A stretch of DNA of 55,046 bases from Octopus bimaculoides. Taxonomy: Eukaryota. The stretch is taken from the NCBI RefSeq assembly GCF_001194135.2, contig NC_069000.1, forward strand, positions 27,861,500 through 27,916,545, in the 5' to 3' direction. The notes under the pieces were generated by a model, which was not told where the DNA came from, made no database searches, and saw only the letters and a program-made list of their open reading frames with translations. Both the position numbers and the translations under genes were made by a program. Below, piece by piece: positions 48,085 to 55,046 of the stretch. Numbering within the stretch: the stretch's first letter is position 1; the number at the start of each line of letters is the position of its first letter.

Positions 48085-50139
48085 GCAAAGGAATTCCTGC
48101 ATATGCCATATTTATATATCATTGTCAACATATTTATCAATGATCAGTTTCGATTTTCATTTGATTCAAGTTCACTTAAGTGTTAATAACATTGAGGAAA
48201 GACAGAACGTTATAACAGTGAACGGTTTATAATTTGGACATTTTTATAAAGTTACAGGCATCATGTCATATTTCAATTAGATACTATCGAAATAAATCTG
48301 TTTAGCTGGTATATGAAATTGTTTTGTTTTTGTTTTTTTCTGTAGGTAAAGCCTATATTCTTTATTATATTAAGAGGTCGTCTGTTTGGCGATCATGAAG
48401 TTCAACTTAGGGTAAGGGGACTTACAGCTATTTTCCCATAAAATGGCATGTAGGGAGATACGCAAGCATCCACTCGAGGCACACACTCATTCTGGGCCAT
48501 AGCATTTAGAGAGCGAGGCAAACACAGATATCACGCTTAGAGAGCTAGGGAAACAATCATTCTAGATAATGATAAACTATGATGGTATTACACATCTGTA
48601 AACAACAAAAAACACACAAAAGCATTACTTTTTCTCTGAATTTGTTAAAACTTCCAGTATTAGTCCTTCACTTTGCAGCTGTTCAAAAGGAAACTAGCAG
48701 ATGTATCCATAAGAGTTCTTATGAACAAGAACTGATCTGTTGACAAGTTGAAACCATCGCTCCGGTTTTACGAAGCGTCATGACTTACCCTATAAACTGT
48801 TTTCAAGATATAAAAAAATGTAATCGTTTCTTTATTTCTGCTATGTGAAACGACAAATATGTCTAATGGTAATTTTTTTTTTTTTTACTTTAATAAAAAG
48901 TTTCAAATTTATAATATCAATAACGTAAGATCGGATGACGTTCATGCCTTCCTTAAGTCCAGATCGTAAATGAAGTGATGTAGCTACCGAGAACTAAAGC
49001 TTGATTGTGAACTCTACCAGGAACTCATTTGCTCTACGACGCTCGCCATGCAATTAACGTGAAAAAAGAAAAACAGTAAAAGCAGGTTGAGAGAATTTCA
49101 GAGTTAGCTTTGAATTTTACAGCGAAAGTACAAATAAAAATTTAAAAAATGAAAAGTAATTAAAAGAATATACACACATATGACCTGATCAACAATCTTA
49201 ACTTGAAATATTAATACACACCGGTTAGTATCATTAGAAAATGCAGAGCAATTCTTTTAATCACAAGAAAATTATATATTGTAAACAGTGATATTATATA
49301 TATCATGGATATGTTGAAATGGTTTCATCCATCATTTAAAATAAAATTTTACAAAAAAGAAATATTAAAACGTATTAATGATGTGGAATTTTCATTTAAA
49401 AAAAGTGTCAATATCTATCTATCTATCTCTATATATGACACCTACATAGTTATGTGTATACTTCATTCAAATAGACTAAAGAAAAATATTAGTGAATGAT
49501 GCTACTTCTACCTTAGTTTTAAATTGCTGCAAAACATCTGTGGAAATCGGATTAAGTTGCTCCATCGTTCTCAGAGTACAGTAAAGTTTTGGTATATATT
49601 TTCAACCGAAGAAATGATAACTTACAGTAAATTACAATAGCTATGATATTCAACAACTTCGGTTTCCACCATAATGAAAGGAAAATGTGACTCTGTAACT
49701 GGAGATTTCATGGCACTCAAGGGGAGACAAAATCGTATTGACAGTTTAAACAAGGCAGAGAACTCTCACTTTATCTTTTTCATGACGGATCATCTGTGAT
49801 CGAGTAGACCTCGATCAGAAACACTTTAACTGTGGCTATCCTGTATTCTTCTCAAACGCAGTCTACCTAGATCCAGCTTTATTCAATGTGCTGTTCTGTT
49901 AAAATGATACGATTTGATTTAATGGAGATATGGTGGCTATTTCTAGCAGTTTGAAATGTAGAGGCTCTCTCGGATCGTATACCGATATATGACTTTTCCA
50001 GCAGACTCTTAATGTGTCTCTAACGTTAAACTATTTCATACATTTTGACGCCTTTATTTTTTCTCGATTGATTTTCTTATGTGACGAATAAGTAGAGCCA
50101 AAAAGATATGTTCAATATAAATTTGTCATAATTATACAG

Positions 50140-50773
50140 ATGTATACCCCGCCGACTTTGTTACCTCATAACTTCCAGAAAGATAGATACTTTTTAACGA
50201 AACATTCAACAAATAATCGATTAGATCCTGTAGATTGAGTGTATGTAAAGATTTGTTGCAAAAACTTCTTCCGAGGGGTTCGGGAGAGGAGTTTCGGAAA
50301 ATTCACACAACCCGACATTTACTCTCATAACTTTCAGGAAAATGAGATCATGGGTAATTTTTAATGAAATTTTATACAAATACCTTTCAAACGGTGTAGA
50401 TAACGATTACAAAGAGATTTGTAAGCAAAATCTTTTGGTAGGAGTTTCTGGAAAACAGAGTTTCAGATCAGACGGCCCATATAAGTTTCTAATTTCTCCG
50501 TTTTGACTGGAATTTTTCCCAATTTATTTTCCAGCACAGTCTTCAGGATGATGGGAGCATTTTTTCAAGAAAAAAAGAAAAAAGTATGAAAATTTATAAT
50601 TTTCTTTTTCACTCACGCCACCCCCTCACCATCCCAGTTCGGAGTGATTTTAGCCAATTTGTTTTTTTTTTTTCACTATGCACTTAAAACCCGTGAGAGA
50701 GACTTTTTCAATTAAAAAAAAATTGTTAATAATTTCTGAGGAAAATGGGTGATTTAAGGGAGATATGGCTGTT
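50140..50773. repeat. Unclassified interspersed repeat with internal direct repeats (probable DNA transposon)
   Basis: CCGAC(T/A)TT..T.(C/A)CTCATAACTT(C/T)CAG repeated at about 50151 and 50311, and GGAGTTTC(G/TG)GAAAA repeated. Runs into an N gap. Confidence 0.4.
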
Positions 50774-51949
50774 NNNNNNNNNNNNNNNNNNNNNNNNNNN
50801 NNNNNNNNNNNNNNNNNNNNNNNNNNNNNNNNNNNNNNNNNNNNNNNNNNNNNNNNNNNNNNNNNNNNNNNNNNNNNNNNNNNNNNNNNNNNNNNNNNNN
50901 NNNNNNNNNNNNNNNNNNNNNNNNNNNNNNNNNNNNNNNNNNNNNNNNNNNNNNNNNNNNNNNNNNNNNNNNNNNNNNNNNNNNNNNNNNNNNNNNNNNN
51001 NNNNNNNNNNNNNNNNNNNNNNNNNNNNNNNNNNNNNNNNNNNNNNNNNNNNNNNNNNNNNNNNNNNNNNNNNNNNNNNNNNNNNNNNNNNNNNNNNNNN
51101 NNNNNNNNNNNNNNNNNNNNNNNNNNNNNNNNNNNNNNNNNNNNNNNNNNNNNNNNNNNNNNNNNNNNNNNNNNNNNNNNNNNNNNNNNNNNNNNNNNNN
51201 NNNNNNNNNNNNNNNNNNNNNNNNNNNNNNNNNNNNNNNNNNNNNNNNNNNNNNNNNNNNNNNNNNNNNNNNNNNNNNNNNNNNNNNNNNNNNNNNNNNN
51301 NNNNNNNNNNNNNNNNNNNNNNNNNNNNNNNNNNNNNNNNNNCTTCATGTCCCCGTGTGCTATCCGTTGCTGTACTGTCTCACACATCCGCTCTGATGTG
51401 CTGTTTGCCACCGACTGACCCTTGTGCTTCACTGAATGCCGCATGTCCACCGCGGCACTTCTGGTGGGATCCGCAGGCCCCACTTCCGATCCTTCCCTAC
51501 AACACATACTGGCTCATAACACCACACTAGCACAACCCAAGACCTCGCTCTTCGTTTCTTTCTCACTCTCATCTATTGATGTTTTTCAATATTTTTCTCC
51601 CCATAAACACATTTTATGGAATGATGATGTCAAAGTAACTCACGTGTAGTCCATTGCTGGGATATAAGCAAAGAAAAAAGAAATGGTAATTTAAATTTTT
51701 ACTTGCACCCCAACCGAACGAGGCCACATATGCAGGGGTTGTAAAAAATTAATTGATGAAAAGTTAATTGCAATATATTGGTCCAATTAATTGATTGGAG
51801 TTGTACTGCCAATTCTTGCATTGTATCCTTACGAGAAGTTTTTAAAGATATTTGCTTCTATCGGCAGCCATTGTGCACAGCCCAAATTTTGAAAGTGGAG
51901 TTGTGAAAATGTTATAACATGCAGAAACAGAGTTAACTGCAGATGAAGT

Positions 51950-54400
51950 AGCTGCTCTACATCAGCTGAAAGTGATGACAGACACACATCACAACAGTCT
52001 GATTTAGCTAACTGGATCTCTAAGGGAGCTTGGAATAACGTGCTCTCCAGCTTGTTGAAAAACGTATGTTTATCCAACAATGCGTCTGACTGGCAGAAAC
52101 TGTTTCTGTTCCCTCGCATCTCTCTCCACGTGCACAATGTGAAATTGGACTCCATTACATCCTCTTTCAAGCGACAGTTCCAGCTATTTGAATCCACCCT
52201 GACCACTTCTCACCTCAATTTGACATCAAGCAAGGTGCCTACCGACAGATAACCCATAAACCTCAAGCGCGCAGTCAATGCCAAATTCAGCAAATTTGAC
52301 ATAAAAGGAGTTGTCCATCTCTTCTCTTCTCTGTCCTCCCTCACTCCGTGTAACTCTAAGTCTCTTAGACATCTGAAAGAGAAGCATCCACCGGGACCCT
52401 CAGATAATCAACTAAACTGGCCCAATCCCCCAGAATACTTGAGACTGGTCTTCACCTCTGATAAAATCAGAAAGCGATTTCATCCTTCCCTGCTGGTTCA
52501 GGTGCAGAAATTGATGGCCTTTGGCCTCAACAACTCAAGGATGTTATCTCCTTATCAGCTGGCGACTTGGAGAATTTGGCTCGGTTTGTGAATGTCCTCC
52601 CTTATATCTGCCCACTATTCTTTGGTGCAAAATTATTTGGGCTCACTAAATCCAATGGAGATCTGTGCCCCATTGCGGTCAGCTACACCCTTCGCCATTT
52701 AACTGCAAAGGTGTGCTTACAATTGGTCTCTAGTTTACTGGAGGAGGAATTTTTCCCTACCCAGCTACAAGTGGGCACCAAATTGGGAGGTGAAGCTGCT
52801 GCCCACACTACCAGAGCCTATGCTAACTTGCCCTCCTTCTCACCCAAGGTCATCCGCAAACTTGACCTTAGGAATGCCTTCAACTCCATCAGTCGCAATG
52901 CTGTCCTCAGCTCAGTAAGATAGAAGGTCCCACAACTCTACTGCCTTGCATGGCAGGCTTATCAGGATCCCTCCTATTTCTTTTTCAGTGACCAAATCAT
53001 CACCTCCACCTCAGGAGTCCAACAGGGCAACCCACTCAGGCCCACTCTGTTCACACAGGGCATTGATGACATCACCAAGATGAGGGTCAAGCTAGACTTC
53101 AACGTCTGGTATCTCAATGATGCTTGTTTGGGGGGACCTCTCAATTGCTAAGCTTCTATATTTACTCAGAGTCAGCTCATCTTACTGATGAGGAATGCTT
53201 AGTCAATGTCAGACTCTCTCCAATGTCCTGCGATCAGGCTGCATTGCCCAAGCGATTTGGAGGTCTTGGTCTTCATAAGTGTTCGTCCCTCTCTCCACTG
53301 CTTCCTTTCCTCCACCCACGCCTGCTCCACCCTGCTGAGCAACATCCTCTCTTCTCCAACATGGACCAGTTCCAACAGGGAGTTGGATGAAGCTCTCCAA
53401 CACTGGAGGGAACTGGGTTTGTCTGCTCCTGAGAAGGTGAAGGACTGGTGGAGTCAGAAAGCTTGGCACAACATAATTTCAAAGCCACCTTCGATTCCCT
53501 CTTCATCCAGTCGGACCAGTTTATTGTTTGCTAGCGCCAAATACTCAGGTGACTGGATTGATGCCATTCCTGTGACTAATGTTGGTGGTCCACTCAACTT
53601 GGATGAACTTCGTGTTTCCATTGCCCTCAGAGTGGGAGCTGACATATGCACAGGTTTGATCTGTTGTTGTGGCAGGCTCCTTGACTCCACAGGCCTCCAT
53701 GGCCTTTCTTGCCACCTGAATGCTGGTCACTTCGTGTATCATACAGAGTTGAACCTGATACTCAAGAGGAGCTTGGCTCAGGTAAACATCCCCTCCATCT
53801 TGAAACCATCTGGATTGTCCAAATGTGATGGATAGAGACCTGATGGCCTCACTCTGTGCTCCTGGTTGCAAAGCAGATGCCTTCTCTGGGATGTCACAGT
53901 TAGCGACTCCTTTGCTTCTTCTCACATCCTGGATGCTGTGGCCAGGGTGAGATCCAATTTCTGCAGCCGAGTGGAACAAAATCCTGAAATAGCGCGATCT
54001 GTTGGCCAACTATATTTTCCATCCTGTGGTGTTCAAGACGTTTGGTGGGGTTGGACCACTAACTGTGAGATTCCTCTCTTCACTGACAACACGCCTTGCA
54101 GAGGTAACTGGTGAGGCTCATGAGGGCACTTGGCTGTTCCAGCACATCAGCCTCGTCATCACCCACACAACACTGCAAGTGTTCTGATGTGCTTCAATAG
54201 CCACTGGAAAGGTTTCCTAGCACCCCCAACTTTTCAACCCAAGGTGGTGAATTATTTTGTTTTTTCTTTTTTCCCTTTTTTCTTTCCCTCTTTTTCTTTT
54301 CTTTTTAATTTTTTCAATTGTGTTCTCTGTTTTGTTCAATTTTCTAATTTAATTTTGTAAAACGGTAAACACTTTGAAGGCAATAAAATTCTCAAAGGCG
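51950..54400 (+). mobile_element. Degenerate CRE-clade-like non-LTR retrotransposon (RT plus restriction-like endonuclease)
   Basis: WQKLFLFPR, LTKSNGDLCPIAVSYTLRHL, KLDLRNAFNSISR, GVQQGNPL, WYLND, LPKRFGGLGL, zinc knuckle CCCGRLLDSTGLHGLSC, RLE motif RPDG..WDVTV and terminal LFQHISL..HNTASVL. AATAAA near 54383. Confidence 0.85.
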
Positions 54401-54886
54401 ATTGATGATTTTGCTTCAGTTTGTTTGAAAAAAACACAAAAAAGATAAAATTTCACCTCAGCAATATCTGAACTGTTGATTTTTGTTACCAACGTCCAAC
54501 ATCTTGGGACGTTTCTTCAGTTCAGCAGGTTATGCTTTTAATGATTTTCAGTAATACTTAATACCAATGAATTTAGAGATGCAATTATTTCTAAAAGTCA
54601 ACCATGCTTTGTAGGATGAAGACTTTGTTTCAGAAATCTGCAATCGTTCATAATCTTTTGCTATATTAGAACATTTTAATTGTGCTACTCATTTGAGAAA
54701 CTCTTTCAATTGAAAACTTTCTATTTATTTGTACAATGTAGAGTATACACGTTGTTTGTTCCCTATTCTAAACCAATAAAACTGAACTTTGAACGTTTTC
54801 TGATAATAAAGATTTTTGAAACTGTGGTGTGATGGAGGAAGAAGACAACAAGAAGCAAAAGGACAGAATGAAGCGTTGGACCTTAC

Positions 54887-55046
54887 CTTGCCGACCGCAG
54901 CGGGGTACACGATCGCTCCTAATCAGAACACGTCTTTCTCGTAACGTCGCTGTTTTCTCACTGGCCCCACGTGCTAGCCTTCGACCGTGTGTCCCCGACT
55001 TCCGATCTGACCCTTCTGGTTTGGCCCTTCCGGTCTGGCTTCACCT
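54887..55046 (-). promoter_or_regulatory. CpG-rich candidate non-coding first exon or promoter-proximal region with a consensus 5' splice site
   Basis: High CpG density relative to the window. On the minus strand: CAAG|GTAAGG (GT at 54886-54885), ETS-like CCGGAAG and TCGGAAGT, and E-box CACGTG. All three minus frames contain stops. Confidence 0.35.

Overview
AT-rich, microsatellite- and gap-rich animal genomic DNA, most likely an octopus (inferred from the SINE/RTE repeat repertoire; not verifiable here). Two host genes lie on the minus strand. (1) A spliced C2H2 zinc-finger gene: four in-frame exons at 43261-42388, 32786-32582, 24035-23827 and 22705-22014 join into 659 codons plus stop with 8 fingers; its 5' end is unresolved. 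(2) The first coding exon of 5-oxoprolinase (OPLAH, 2871-2698), which the ORF track misses; the gene continues off the left edge. The rest is mostly transposon debris: RTE, CR1/L2-like, L1/Tx1-like and CRE-like non-LTR elements, Penelope fragments, a Helitron with both ends, mariner/maT remnants, a FLYWCH-bearing Mutator-like element, SINEs and several MITEs. The most unusual structures are nested GG-ended, 8-9 bp TSD (Merlin-like) MITEs with palindromic telomere-repeat cores, a SINE-capped foldback, a near-identical Penelope segment apparently patched into another repeat, and several long hairpins in or near the zinc-finger transcription unit. No prokaryote-type system (CRISPR, operon) is present. 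Seven N gaps limit interpretation, and TE boundaries without a TIR or TSD are approximate.
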